Notes: generated by a model from the sequence alone, not told the origin. DNA of 44,819 bases from Chthoniobacteraceae bacterium (GCA_040081625.1 JBEBGD010000037.1:1-44819); one strand, 5' to 3'; counted from the first letter of the stretch, positions 17,068 through 27,638 are shown. Made by a program: numbers and translations.

Positions 17068-17688
17068 TTACAGCTCGGCGATCTTCACGTTCCGATACTC
17101 GCACTTCATCTCGACAGCGGAATGAATCTGGAATCCGAGCGGGGCCGCGCCGGAGAATTTCGGGTCGGTGTATTCGGACGCCTTCTTCCCATTGATCCAG
17201 CAGGTGAATGTGTCGCCCTTCGCCTGGATGCGGAAGGTGTTCCACTCGCCCTCGGGTTTCATGAGCTTCTTCGCTTCCTTCGCCTGGCCCGCCTCGGGAT
17301 ACCTTTCCTTTCCGCCGGTATACCACGAGCCGGACATATCCACGCGCAAGCTGCCGGAGACACCGAGCTGGAGCTGGATGTTCGGTTTGCGCATCTCGAT
17401 GCCGGTATCGATTCCGCGCTCGGTGGGTGACTTCCAGCGCACGTCGAACTCGATGATGAAATCGCGATACTCTTTCTGCGTCAGGAGATAGTTCCCCTTC
17501 TTCGCCGCGTCGTTCTCGCCGATGAGCACGCCGTCCTCGACGCGCCAGAATGGCGTCGCGCCGTCGGCCTTGAAGTTGGTGAGGTCCTTGCCGTTGAAAA
17601 GCGGGGCGAAGTTCGGTTCGGCAGCGGTGCTGGCGAGGACGGTTGCGAGAGAGACGGCGAGCGTGAGGGCGAAGTTGCGGGGTTTCAT
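17068..17688 (-). CDS. DUF1080 (3-keto-disaccharide hydrolase family) protein
   Basis: LFNGKDL, WRVEDGVL, Y.DF..EF, GEWN..RI, GFQIH, YRNVKI motifs, plus a signal peptide. Confidence 0.92.
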   Translation of the reverse strand: MKPRNFALTLAVSLATVLASTAAEPNFAPLFNGKDLTNFKADGATPFWRVEDGVLIGENDAAKKGNYLLTQKEYRDFIIEFDVRWKSPTERGIDTGIEMRKPNIQLQLGVSGSLRVDMSGSWYTGGKERYPEAGQAKEAKKLMKPEGEWNTFRIQAKGDTFTCWINGKKASEYTDPKFSGAAPLGFQIHSAVEMKCEYRNVKIAEL

Positions 17689-17815
17689 CGCGGCGACGTT
17701 GCCCGTTCCGGTCGCCTGCGGGAAGCGCGATTTTTCCGGCCTGATCGGCGCTGGAATGACGCGTGCGCGAGTGTTCCGAAGTTGCAGTCCGAACCGGACG
17801 CGCTTTGCGTGGCGC

Positions 17816-18526
17816 ATGTCTGTCACCATCCCGCCACCCGGTTACTCGCGAATCAAGGAGGTGAAGAGTTTCCATGAGCTGCTCGCGACGCCTTTCGAGG
17901 GCGGCGTCAATGCGCTGTGCTGGCGGCGCACGTTGCCGGGCGGCTTCGGCGAAGTGGTGGAGCGGCTCGGCGCGGGCGAAGGGATCGTCGCGCTCGACGC
18001 AGAACGATTGAACAGTCTCGCCGTGAGTGCGGCGGGCCGGGAGGCGATCGAGTTTCTGCTCGAAGATCAGCGGCTGCTGCGCGAGCACGGCCGCGATCCG
18101 GTGCTCAATTGCATCCACGGCTATCCGCACGACGATGATCCGGGACCGGTATCGACGGACGTGTTTTCCTTTCACGCCGACAGCGCGCCGGTGGAAACCG
18201 ATACGTGGCTTTGCACTTATCACGGAGCGGCGAGCGAGGGGCTGCGCAACGACGAGGCGCGGCGGCGCGTGGATGTCCCGGAGACCCGCGCCGAGCTTCT
18301 CGCGCGCTTCGGCGGCAACGACGACGAGGCATTCCGCGAATACCTGAACGAGCACTGCTACGATCTCCACTACGCCGCCAACTCCGGCGCGCGGCCCTTT
18401 TGCTTCGGCATCGGCAATCTGTGGCGCATCGCCGTGGACTGGCCTGGAAGTCCCGTCCCGCCGTGCATCCACCGCGCTCCCGCGACGCTCGTCGGAGAGC
18501 CGCCGCGGTTGCTTCTGATCAGTTAG
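17816..18526 (+). CDS. DUF1826-family protein
   Basis: NALCWRRTL.G.F.EVV, FSFHADS, LCTYHG..SEG and CIHRAP...RLLLIS motifs. Confidence 0.75.
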   Translation: MSVTIPPPGYSRIKEVKSFHELLATPFEGGVNALCWRRTLPGGFGEVVERLGAGEGIVALDAERLNSLAVSAAGREAIEFLLEDQRLLREHGRDPVLNCIHGYPHDDDPGPVSTDVFSFHADSAPVETDTWLCTYHGAASEGLRNDEARRRVDVPETRAELLARFGGNDDEAFREYLNEHCYDLHYAANSGARPFCFGIGNLWRIAVDWPGSPVPPCIHRAPATLVGEPPRLLLIS

Positions 18527-18527
18527 T

Positions 18528-20861
18528 TCACATCTGCGGCGCCGGTAGCGGCACGATCTCGCGAACCTTCGCCGGATCGCGCGGGCCGGGCCGCGGATCG
18601 TGCCAGCGCTCGCGCGGGACGGGAGCCTTCGCATCGAGCCATGCACCGAGCCGCAGACGCAGCGACCTGAACGAGGCGTGCGCTTCCGCGCCGAAGAGCG
18701 AGCTGCCCGCGTCGGCTTCGGATTTCTTTTTCAAGCTCGCGCGCATTCCCGGCTCCGCGAGCACCGCGGCTCCGACGCTCGCGCGGCTCCCGCCCGAAAG
18801 TTCGCAGAACATCGTGAGGTATTCGACGAGTTGCTCGCCGGCACGGAAGGATTTCAGCCGCAGGCTCGGCATCGGGCCATCGGGCGTCGGGTAGAAGAGC
18901 GAGAGATCGTCCGGCTTCGTCCACGCGTCGGCCTTGCCGATGGTCTGCCACGGCACGACGCCATCGGCGCCGAGCGCCCACGTCTCCACGCACCACGCGG
19001 CGGGCATGATGTTTGGCGTGCCGATGCGGTTCGCGGAGCCATACATATAGACGTGATTGCCGAACCGCTCCGCGCGCCCGATGACGCGATCGCGATACGT
19101 GCGGAGCACGCCGCTCACGATCTCCACACTCGTCACGCCATCGAGCAGATCGCGCTGCCACTCCGGCCGCGAGATGTCGGCACGAAACGCAAACCGCGCG
19201 CCCGGATGCGCCGCGACGCCACGCCAGAACTCGACGCCGAAGCGTCGCAGCGCCCAGAAATCCTGCGTGTTCACCGGCTCATCGAGTATCCATGCCGCCG
19301 AAGTCGCGTCCCATCGGTTGCCACGGTCGCGTTTGAAATAGACCTTGTTGTTCAGGTAGAACTCGAAGACCGGCTCGGTCCACTTCTTCGCCGCGAAGTG
19401 CTCCGCGAACTTTCCCGCCGCGTCGCGGAACTCGCGCCAATAGCCATCGTCGTAAGCCGACTCGATCCAGTAGCCGCCGCGGAAATGCCTCTCGTGATCC
19501 ATCGGCCAGTTTTCATTCAGGGGCAGATAGAACGCATCGACCGGCACAGCGCCGCGCGGCAGGTCGGCGAAGGCGGAGCCGTCGAGCAGCGCCCCGAACT
19601 CAGCATCCCACGCGCTCCAATCCCACAAGCCGGCGGCGTCGATCTTCGGGGCGCACTTCTGGTCCACGCGTCCGGTCCAGCCGTAGGGCAGATGGTTGAG
19701 CGTGGTGCGATGCTCGTGCGCGAGCCGGTAGTAATCGCGCTCGTGCCCCGGCAGGCCATAGCAATTCATCTGCGGGATGAACGAGAGCCGGTCGGGCAGC
19801 GTGAAGTTCCAGACCGTCACCGCGAAGGGAACGTCGCGTCCGCCGATGCGCAGCGTCCCCGGGTGGCGCCCGGCCTTCGCGTCCTTCGGCACGTAGATCT
19901 CGATGAATGCTCCATCGCCCGCCGGCAGGAGCGGATCGACGTGCTCCGCGACTTTCGGCATCGCGAACCGCGAGACCTTCAAGTCGCTCGCCATTTTTTC
20001 GGGCGAAGCCTCGAGCGAGAAACCGATCGCTTCATTCCGCGCCGCGAAGAACTCTAGCGTCGTGAGAGGCTCGCCGAACTCGTCGCGTCCCGCGATCGGC
20101 GACGCGGGGAGCGGCGACTTTGACGAAGCCGGCAGCTTGGCGGGGCGCACGCTGTCGCGCCCGGCCGCGGCACCGATGGTGCGATGCCCGGCATCGCCGG
20201 TTTCGAGCCAGAGCGTGAAATACGGCGCGGTTCTCCTCTTGTCGTCGCGACTGGCGACGTATCGATTCAGAGAATGCCGGTAGTCGATCGTGTTGCCGTT
20301 GCGCGTGTATTCGCTGCCCACGTCGTCCATCACGCAGAAGCCATAGCCGGACCCGTCGAGCCGCGCTTGCGCGACGGACGGGTCGATCGGGATCACCTGC
20401 CAGCCCTCGGCATCCCGTGGCGACGGGTCGCCGAACCCCCAGACCGATCCCCCGTTGCCGTTGATAGCGCCAGTGATGTCCGCGTCCTTCCAGCGCTGCT
20501 CGCCGGTGCGCGCCCACGCGAAGCTACTCGCCCCCGGCGTCGTCGTATAGCCGGTCCCCTTCCCCTCGACCCACTCCTCCGCGATCGTCGAGACCGTGAT
20601 CCGTCCGAGCGTCTCCGGCCCTTCGCCATGAACGTGAAGTTGCGCCCGGACCACACGCTTGCCGCGCAGCGGCACTGGATCGAAGTCGATCAGGAAGAAC
20701 TCCTGGATGCCCTTGAGCTTGAGCTTGGGCGACCCGCCGTTGCTGCCTTCGCGCTCCGATTCATACGCGGAAACCCAGAGGTCGCGTGACACCTCGACGC
20801 GCTGCGGCTCGAGCGCGAACGCTGCTGAAATCAACGGAAGGAGGATGGCGAGGCGTTTCAT
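18528..20861 (-). CDS. Exported protein with DNRLRE/CBM96-like N-terminus and GH123/DUF4091-like C-terminus
   Basis: Signal peptide; DLWVS...NGG...LKLKG..FFLIDFD...VVRAQLHV; FFAARNE; VTVWNFTLP; DEP; LFYP...PSLRLK.FRAGEQ.VEYL. Confidence 0.65.
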   Translation of the reverse strand: MKRLAILLPLISAAFALEPQRVEVSRDLWVSAYESEREGSNGGSPKLKLKGIQEFFLIDFDPVPLRGKRVVRAQLHVHGEGPETLGRITVSTIAEEWVEGKGTGYTTTPGASSFAWARTGEQRWKDADITGAINGNGGSVWGFGDPSPRDAEGWQVIPIDPSVAQARLDGSGYGFCVMDDVGSEYTRNGNTIDYRHSLNRYVASRDDKRRTAPYFTLWLETGDAGHRTIGAAAGRDSVRPAKLPASSKSPLPASPIAGRDEFGEPLTTLEFFAARNEAIGFSLEASPEKMASDLKVSRFAMPKVAEHVDPLLPAGDGAFIEIYVPKDAKAGRHPGTLRIGGRDVPFAVTVWNFTLPDRLSFIPQMNCYGLPGHERDYYRLAHEHRTTLNHLPYGWTGRVDQKCAPKIDAAGLWDWSAWDAEFGALLDGSAFADLPRGAVPVDAFYLPLNENWPMDHERHFRGGYWIESAYDDGYWREFRDAAGKFAEHFAAKKWTEPVFEFYLNNKVYFKRDRGNRWDATSAAWILDEPVNTQDFWALRRFGVEFWRGVAAHPGARFAFRADISRPEWQRDLLDGVTSVEIVSGVLRTYRDRVIGRAERFGNHVYMYGSANRIGTPNIMPAAWCVETWALGADGVVPWQTIGKADAWTKPDDLSLFYPTPDGPMPSLRLKSFRAGEQLVEYLTMFCELSGGSRASVGAAVLAEPGMRASLKKKSEADAGSSLFGAEAHASFRSLRLRLGAWLDAKAPVPRERWHDPRPGPRDPAKVREIVPLPAPQM

Positions 20862-20924
20862 CCCCTCCATTCAAGCGTCTCCGATGCATGCCGCCAAGCC
20901 GCCCAAACTCGTCCGCCTCAAGCA

Positions 20925-20953
20925 TTGACACCGCGCGTGGCGCCCGGCACTTT
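20925..20953 (+). promoter_or_regulatory. Sigma70-type promoter for the 21010 gene
   Basis: TTGACA-N17-CACTTT followed by CCGC, the same layout as the two tRNA promoters. Confidence 0.55.
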
Positions 20954-21009
20954 CCGCCCCTGCGGGTGCAAAACCTGCGTAACCAGCCGCCCAACTTACC
21001 GCCTAGCAC

Positions 21010-22188
21010 ATGTCACAAAAAGTCCTGGTCATCGACGACAGCCTCGCGATGTCGAAGCTCACAGAGAACGTCGTCGCGCAGAACTTCAACAACGTGGACG
21101 TGCTCGTTGCACAAAAGGGCGCCGATGCGTTCGACCGCTTCAACCTCGCGCAGCCGGACATCATCGTGATGAACGACACGATGCCCGACATGGATGGCGA
21201 AGCGATCTGCTACCGCCTGCTCAATGACCAGACGACCGCGCGGGTGCCGGTGATCGTGCTGGCGAACAACGGACGCGCGGAGATTTTCGAGAGCCGTTAC
21301 AAAAACGTGCTCAAGGTGCTGCCGAAGCCGCCCTCGTCCGACGCGCTGCTCGACGCGTTGAGTTCGACGCTCGCGAAGCATCGCTTCCTGCCGAATCCCG
21401 CGAAGCAGCTCCTTTTCTACGATGCGAACCGGATGGTGTATTCCGGCCACACGGGGATTTTCTCGCTGGTCCAGGCGCTCCGCATGGCGTGGAGCGACCA
21501 ACTCACCGGCGTGCTGCGCTTCTTTCTCAACCGCTTTCCGGTCGAGCTTTTCGTCAACGACGGGAAGTTCATGTTCGCGACCACGCGCAATTTCCCGCTC
21601 TACTGCCGCGACTCGCAGACGATCCTCGGGCAGACGAATCTCGGCATGATCATCGACGCGCAAATCGCGCAGCACGCGACGGCATGCCCTGTCTTTTTGT
21701 TCCTCTCGATGCGCGGCGGCTTCGCGCACGAGGATGTCGTGCAGATCACGCGCGATCACGGACAGCGACTGTTCGCAAACTTGTGGACCGCCGGGCGTGT
21801 GAGCTTCGAATTCGAGGATCTCGCGCAGTTCCCCGACTACGCAAAGAACGTCCCGCCGACGCCCGAGGATCCGGATAACTGGGCACTCGCGAGTCTGCGC
21901 CACGTGAAATTTGAGTCACTCGCCGCGCATCAGCGCCCCGATCCGAATGGCAGCCCGGCTTACACCCGCAAAGGCTACGAGTTGGTGCAGCGGCTCAAGC
22001 TCAACGACATGGAAGCGCGCTTCGCCACCGCCGTGAACGGCGCCGAACCGCTCCAGAGCATCGCGAAGAAGCTGAACATCACGCTCAACGACGCGCTGCT
22101 CATCGTGTTCCGCTTTCAGTCGCTCGAGATCATCGACTACTGGGGCTCGAACGTGTTCGGACTGCCGGGCGGACAGAGCGCAGCGTAA
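21010..22188 (+). CDS. Atypical response regulator with a DUF4388/PatA_N-like domain
   Basis: VLVIDDS...PDIIVMNDTMPDMDG receiver, followed by YSGHTGIFSLVQALRM...TGVL...LFV.DGK...A...W..GR..FEF. Confidence 0.85.
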   Translation: MSQKVLVIDDSLAMSKLTENVVAQNFNNVDVLVAQKGADAFDRFNLAQPDIIVMNDTMPDMDGEAICYRLLNDQTTARVPVIVLANNGRAEIFESRYKNVLKVLPKPPSSDALLDALSSTLAKHRFLPNPAKQLLFYDANRMVYSGHTGIFSLVQALRMAWSDQLTGVLRFFLNRFPVELFVNDGKFMFATTRNFPLYCRDSQTILGQTNLGMIIDAQIAQHATACPVFLFLSMRGGFAHEDVVQITRDHGQRLFANLWTAGRVSFEFEDLAQFPDYAKNVPPTPEDPDNWALASLRHVKFESLAAHQRPDPNGSPAYTRKGYELVQRLKLNDMEARFATAVNGAEPLQSIAKKLNITLNDALLIVFRFQSLEIIDYWGSNVFGLPGGQSAA

Positions 22189-22234
22189 CGACTCCGGTCG
22201 CCGGCATCGGCGGGCGCGGCAGACGTCGGGCGCG

Positions 22235-23638
22235 TTACGCGAGGACGCCTTTCACGACCTTGCCGAAGACATCCGTGAGCCGGTAGTCGCGGCCTTGCAG
22301 CCGGAAGATCAGCCGCGTGTGATCGATGCCGAGGAGATGGAGCATCGTGGCGTGAAGATCGTGGACGCTGACGACATTTTCCACCGAGCGATAGCCGAGT
22401 TCGTCGGTCGCGCCCCATTGCACACCGCCTTTGATCCCGCCACCCGCGCACCACACCGTGAACGCGAGCATGTGATGATCGCGCCCGCTTCCGCCCTGGC
22501 TCATCGGCGTGCGGCCAAACTCTCCCGCCCACACGACGAGCGTGTCGTCGAGCATCCCGCGCTGCTTGAGGTCGCTGATCAGCGCCATGCACGCGCGATC
22601 GATCTCGAGCGCCTTGTATTGGATGCCGTCCTTCACGCCGCCGTGGTGATCCCAATCCTTGTGATAGAGCTGGATGAAGCGCACGCCGCGCTCGACGAGC
22701 CGCCGTGCGAGCAGGCAGTTCGACGCGAAGCTGCCGTCGCCCGGAGCGCAGCCATAGAGGTCGAGAATGTTCTTCGGCTCCGCCGCCATGTCCGTCAGCT
22801 CCGGAACGCTCGCCTGCATTTTGAAAGCCATCTCGTATTGCGCGATGCGCGTCGCGATCTCGGGATCATCGGCGACCGCGTCGAATTTTGCATTCAGCGC
22901 ACCGACCGTCTGCACCACGTCGCCCTGCATCGCGCGCGAGTAGCCGGCGGGATTGCCGAGATACAAAACCGGGTCGCCCTTGCTGCGCAGGTGAACGCCT
23001 TGAAAACGCGTCGGCAGAAATCCGCTCGACCACTGCCGCACCGAGATCGGCTGATTCTGCCCGCCCTTCCCCGACGACGTGAGCACGACGAAACCGGGCA
23101 GCTCCTCCGCGTCCGCGCCGAGTCCATACGTGAGCCACGAGCCCATGCTCGGGCGTCCGGGGATCGACGAGCCGGTGTTGATGAAGCAGTGCGCGGGATC
23201 GTGGTTGATCGCCTCCGTCTGCATCGAGCGGATGATCGCGATTTCATCCGCGATGCTGCCGAGATGCGGGAAGAGTTCGCACATCCGCGCGCCGCACTGG
23301 CCGAAGCTCTTGAATTCCCACTGCGGGCCAAAGCACTTGAGCGAATCGCGCGAACCCTGGAGCTGCGCGAGTTGCTGGCCTTTCGTGAAACTCCCCGGCA
23401 TCGGCTTGTCGTGCAGTTCGCGCAGCTTCGGTTTGTCGTCGAACGTCTCGAGGTGCGAAGGCCCGCCCGCCATCGTGAGCCAGATCACGCGCTTCGCTTT
23501 CGCGGCATAATGCGGCTGGCCGAGCACACCACGCCAAGCCTCCGCGCCGAGCAGTTGCGAGGTAAGCGCGAGGCCGCCGAGGCCCTGGGCGGTGCGGCCG
23601 AGGAAGGCGCGGCGGGTGAAAGTCGATGGCGGGATCAT
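22235..23638 (-). CDS. DUF1501 family protein (Tat substrate)
   Basis: TRRAFLG, AKRVIWL.MAGGPSHLE, NHDPA, GRPSMGSW, CLLARRLVERGVRFIQL, WDHH, GEFGRTP, GRDHH. Confidence 0.95.
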   Translation of the reverse strand: MIPPSTFTRRAFLGRTAQGLGGLALTSQLLGAEAWRGVLGQPHYAAKAKRVIWLTMAGGPSHLETFDDKPKLRELHDKPMPGSFTKGQQLAQLQGSRDSLKCFGPQWEFKSFGQCGARMCELFPHLGSIADEIAIIRSMQTEAINHDPAHCFINTGSSIPGRPSMGSWLTYGLGADAEELPGFVVLTSSGKGGQNQPISVRQWSSGFLPTRFQGVHLRSKGDPVLYLGNPAGYSRAMQGDVVQTVGALNAKFDAVADDPEIATRIAQYEMAFKMQASVPELTDMAAEPKNILDLYGCAPGDGSFASNCLLARRLVERGVRFIQLYHKDWDHHGGVKDGIQYKALEIDRACMALISDLKQRGMLDDTLVVWAGEFGRTPMSQGGSGRDHHMLAFTVWCAGGGIKGGVQWGATDELGYRSVENVVSVHDLHATMLHLLGIDHTRLIFRLQGRDYRLTDVFGKVVKGVLA

Positions 23639-25038
23639 GTGAGAATTGGATGGAGCACGCGTGCCGGCTCTACACCGGTGAGTTTGGATTCGAGCCCCTG
23701 CACTTTGACGCTGAAACGCCGGTGATCGATGCCGAGCAGGTGCAGCATCGTCGCGTGCAGATCGTGGGCGCTGACGACATTCTCCACCGCCGCGTAGCCG
23801 AGTTCATCGGTCGCGCCATAGCTCATCCCGCCGCGCACGCCACCGCCGGCGAGCCAGATCGAGAAGCCCTTGTTGTGATGGTCGCGCCCCGGCGAACCTT
23901 TGTTCGACTGCGACATCGGCGTCCGACCAAATTCCCCCGCCCACACGACCAGCGTCTCGTCGAGCATTCCGCGCTGCTTGAGATCCGTGATCAGAGCTCC
24001 ACACGCGCGATCAGTCTCGCGTGCCCGCAGCGGCAGCTCCTCGCGCAGCAGGCTGTGGTGATCCCAGTCGCGATGATAGAGCTGGATGAAGCGCACGCCT
24101 CGCTCCGCGAGCCGCCGCGCGAGAAGGCAGTTCGATGCGAACGATCCGTCACCCGGTGCGCAGCCGTAGCGATCGAGCGTGGACTGCGATTCGTCGCGGA
24201 GATCGGTCAGCTCTGGCACGCTCGCCTGCATCCGGAAGGCCATCTCATATTGCGCGATCCGCGTCGCGATCTCCGGATCATCGACGAGCGCATCACGCTT
24301 TGCATTGAGCGCATTCACCGTGCGGATGATGTCGCCCTGCTGCGCGCGACTGACGCCCGGATTTTGCAGATACAGCACCGGATCACCCTTCCCGCGAAGC
24401 TGCACACCCTGGAACCGACTCGGCAGGAATCCGGCCGACCATTGCCGCACCGAGATCGGCTGTGGCGTGCGGCCCGGCCCGGTCGAGACGAGCACGACAA
24501 AGCCCGGCAAATCCTCCGCATCGCTCCCGAGCCCATACGTCACCCACGAGCCCATTGACGGCTTGCCCGGCAGTTGCGAACCCGTGTTGATGAACGTGTG
24601 CGCCGGATCGTGGTTGATTGCCTCGCTCGTCATTGAGCGCACGATGCAGATCTCATCGGCCACCGCGCCGATGCCGGGAAATAGCTCCGAGAGCTCGGCG
24701 CCGCACTGGCCGTAGCGGCGGAACTTCGACTGCGGCCCGAAGCACACGAGCTTCTGTCCCTGGAGCTGCGCGACCTGCTGCCCCGCCGTCATGCTTTCCG
24801 GCATCGGCATGCCATCCATCGCGGCGAGCTTCGGCTTGAAGTCGAACAGCTCGAGATGCGACGGCCCGCCCGCCATCGACAACCAGATCACGCGCTTCGC
24901 CTTCGGCTTGAAACCCAGCGGTGCAGCGCCGGTCGCCGCGAGCAATTTCCGCTGACCCAGCAACGACGCGAGCGCCACCGCACCGACGCCCTGCGCGGTG
25001 CGACCGAGGAACGTGCGGCGCGTCTGCTCGAGGTTCAT
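23635..25038 (-). CDS. DUF1501 family protein (Tat substrate), paralogue
   Basis: Same motifs as 22235-23638. ATG 25038 overlaps the upstream stop (ATGA). Confidence 0.95.
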   Translation of the reverse strand: MNLEQTRRTFLGRTAQGVGAVALASLLGQRKLLAATGAAPLGFKPKAKRVIWLSMAGGPSHLELFDFKPKLAAMDGMPMPESMTAGQQVAQLQGQKLVCFGPQSKFRRYGQCGAELSELFPGIGAVADEICIVRSMTSEAINHDPAHTFINTGSQLPGKPSMGSWVTYGLGSDAEDLPGFVVLVSTGPGRTPQPISVRQWSAGFLPSRFQGVQLRGKGDPVLYLQNPGVSRAQQGDIIRTVNALNAKRDALVDDPEIATRIAQYEMAFRMQASVPELTDLRDESQSTLDRYGCAPGDGSFASNCLLARRLAERGVRFIQLYHRDWDHHSLLREELPLRARETDRACGALITDLKQRGMLDETLVVWAGEFGRTPMSQSNKGSPGRDHHNKGFSIWLAGGGVRGGMSYGATDELGYAAVENVVSAHDLHATMLHLLGIDHRRFSVKVQGLESKLTGVEPARVLHPILT

Positions 25039-27569
25039 GATCGTGTGATCGTCTCGTGCAGGTTCAGCAGCGCGCGCGCGACACTCGTCCACGCGGCGAG
25101 TTCGGTCGGATTCGCATCCTTCGGCGCGGGCGCGTAGCCGGTGTTCAGCAACGTCCCCCGCCCGGCGGCGTCTTCCGCGAACGATTGTTTGTGGTCCTCG
25201 AAAAGCTTCGCGATCAGCGCGAGTTCGTCCGGCTTCGCTTCGCGCTGCGTCGCCTGCCGCCACGCCCACGCGAGTCGTTCGTCGGTGTCGTCGCCGCCTT
25301 CCGCGATGATGCGCCCTGCAAAGGCGCGCGCGGCTTCGACGTAGGTCGGATCATTGAGCAGCACGAGCGCCTGCTGCGGGATGTTCGAGCGGACGCGCTC
25401 GGCGGTGCACTCCTCGCGGCTCGGCGCATCGAGCGCCATCAGCGCGGGGTGTAGGTAGCTGCGCTGCCACCACGTGTAGAGACCGCGCCTCCACTGGTCG
25501 GGTCCCTTGTCATTCGCCCACTCGCGCACGGGGAAGTTCAAGTTCTCCCAATAGCCGGCCGGTTGATACGGCTTCACGCTCGGCCCGCCGAGCTTCTGCA
25601 CGAGCAGACCGGAGACGCTCAGCGCGTTGTCGCGCAGAAACTCCGCGTCGAGCCGCCAGCGGCCCGCCCGCGTCACTGCGCGGTTCTCGGGATCGCGCTG
25701 CACGAGTGCTTTCGTCGGCACCGATGACTGCCGATACGCGCCGCTTGTGAGCATGAGTTTCACGATGTGTTTCACATCCCACCCGCTGTCCATGAACTCG
25801 CAAGCAAGCCAGTCGAGCAGCGCCTGGTTCGGAGGGAGTTCGCCCTGCGTGCCAAGGTCATCGAGCGTCTTGCAAAGCCCGATGCCGAAGAACTGCTTCC
25901 ACAACCGGTTCACGACCACGCGCGCCGTCAGCGGATTGTTCCGAGCCACGAGCCACTTCGCGAGATCGAGCCGTGTCAGCCGGGTCGCATTCGCTGCGTC
26001 GCCCGACTTCGCATCGAGATACGCCGGCATCGTCGGCAGCACCACCTCGCCGTCTTCCTTCATCCAGTCGCCACGCGGCAGCAGGCGCACGGTGCGAAAC
26101 TCCGGCGCCGTGCTCACGGTCGCGATCGTCTTCGGTAGCGGATCGAAAAACCGCTTCCGCTCCACCTCCGCCGCATCGAGCGCCTTCCGGACCGGCGCGA
26201 GCAGCGGGTGATTGCGCTGGATGTAGTCGTCGAGCGCCTGCTTTTGCTTTGGATTGCGCTTCGCCTTCTCGACCTTCAGCGCCGCAACGAGATCCTTCGG
26301 AATGCCGTGCTCCTTCGGGTTGCTGCCGATGCGCTCGTTGAGATCGAACTCCCAAAACGGCTGCTCCGGTTCGGTCACCTTCACGCGCTCGGCCAGCTTC
26401 GCGCGGGTTTTCGCGAGCGCTTCGTCGAGTGACTTGAGCTTCGCGAGCGTCGCATCGTCCGCCACGATGATGGTCTCCTCCTCGCGCCCGATCGGCGTCT
26501 CCTTCACGTCGGCGAAGAACGCGCCAAGCGCGTAGAAGTCGCGCGCCGTGACGGGATCGAATTTGTGATCGTGGCACTCGGCGCACATGAACGTCTGCCC
26601 GAGCCACACGGTGCCGATGGCCTTTACGCGATCGGTCACGGTCTTCGCCTCGTATTGCTTCGGCTGCGCGCCGCCTTCCTGCGTGCGCATGTTCAGGCGG
26701 TTGAAGGTCGAGGCGACCCGCGTCTGGAGCGTCGCATCCGGCAGCAGGTCCCCGGCGATCTGCTCGAGCGTGAAGCGGTCGAAGCGCTTGTTCTCGTTGA
26801 AGGCCGCGATCACGTAATCGCGATACGGCCACACATCGTGCGGGTTGTCGGAGTGGTAACCGATCGTGTCGGCGAAGCGCGCGAGATCGAGCCACCACAC
26901 CGCCATGCGCTCGCCAAACTGCGGCGAAGCGAGCAGCTTCTCCACGAGCTTCCCGGTAGCATCCGGCGCGGCGTCCTTCGCGAATGCATCGACCTCCGCA
27001 GGCGTCGGCGGGAGCCCGAGCAGATCGAGGTAAAGCCGCCGCGCGAGCGTGGCGCGATCGGCTTCACCGGCGTGCTCGAGCCCGAGGCTGCGCTGCTGCC
27101 GGGCGAGCACGAACTGATCGATGGCACCGCGCACAAAGCCCGCCTGCTTCACATCGGGCGGCGCGGCCTTCGCTGGCGCGATGTAGGCCCAGTGCGGCTG
27201 ATACTCCGCACCCTGCTCGATCCAGCGCTTGAGGATTTCCTTTTCCCGCGCCGAGAGCTGCCGGTGCTCCTTTGCCGGCGGCATCAGGTCGTCCTTGTCG
27301 CTCGCGGTGATGCGCCGCCACACCTCGCTGTCCGCGGGTTTGCCGGGCATGATCGGGAAAATGCCGTCGATCTTCGCCACCGCCGCCTCGCGCACGTCGA
27401 GGCGTAGATCGGCCTCGCGCGTGTTCTTGTCGAAGCCATGGCAGCGGAAGCAGGCGTCCGCGAGGATCGGCCGCACGTCGCGGTTGTATTCGGGCTTCGC
27501 AGGGATCGGCGGCTCCGCGGCGAGCAGGACGGTGGCGATGGGGAGAAAGGCGAGGGCGGGAGCTTTCAC
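25035..27569 (-). CDS. PSD1 and planctomycete cytochrome c domain protein (PSCyt1/DUF1549/DUF1553)
   Basis: YNRDVRPIL..ACFRCHG, HWAY, RRLYLDL.GLPPT, WLDLARFADT, CAECHDHKFDP, NPLTARV.VNR.W, PQQAL.LLN. Confidence 0.95.
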   Translation of the reverse strand: MKAPALAFLPIATVLLAAEPPIPAKPEYNRDVRPILADACFRCHGFDKNTREADLRLDVREAAVAKIDGIFPIMPGKPADSEVWRRITASDKDDLMPPAKEHRQLSAREKEILKRWIEQGAEYQPHWAYIAPAKAAPPDVKQAGFVRGAIDQFVLARQQRSLGLEHAGEADRATLARRLYLDLLGLPPTPAEVDAFAKDAAPDATGKLVEKLLASPQFGERMAVWWLDLARFADTIGYHSDNPHDVWPYRDYVIAAFNENKRFDRFTLEQIAGDLLPDATLQTRVASTFNRLNMRTQEGGAQPKQYEAKTVTDRVKAIGTVWLGQTFMCAECHDHKFDPVTARDFYALGAFFADVKETPIGREEETIIVADDATLAKLKSLDEALAKTRAKLAERVKVTEPEQPFWEFDLNERIGSNPKEHGIPKDLVAALKVEKAKRNPKQKQALDDYIQRNHPLLAPVRKALDAAEVERKRFFDPLPKTIATVSTAPEFRTVRLLPRGDWMKEDGEVVLPTMPAYLDAKSGDAANATRLTRLDLAKWLVARNNPLTARVVVNRLWKQFFGIGLCKTLDDLGTQGELPPNQALLDWLACEFMDSGWDVKHIVKLMLTSGAYRQSSVPTKALVQRDPENRAVTRAGRWRLDAEFLRDNALSVSGLLVQKLGGPSVKPYQPAGYWENLNFPVREWANDKGPDQWRRGLYTWWQRSYLHPALMALDAPSREECTAERVRSNIPQQALVLLNDPTYVEAARAFAGRIIAEGGDDTDERLAWAWRQATQREAKPDELALIAKLFEDHKQSFAEDAAGRGTLLNTGYAPAPKDANPTELAAWTSVARALLNLHETITRS

Positions 27570-27638
27570 GGTTCAGTCAACCCTTCTGCCGCAATTAAAC
27601 TGGGTGCGACAAGCAATCACCGATTCACTTTCCTGCCC

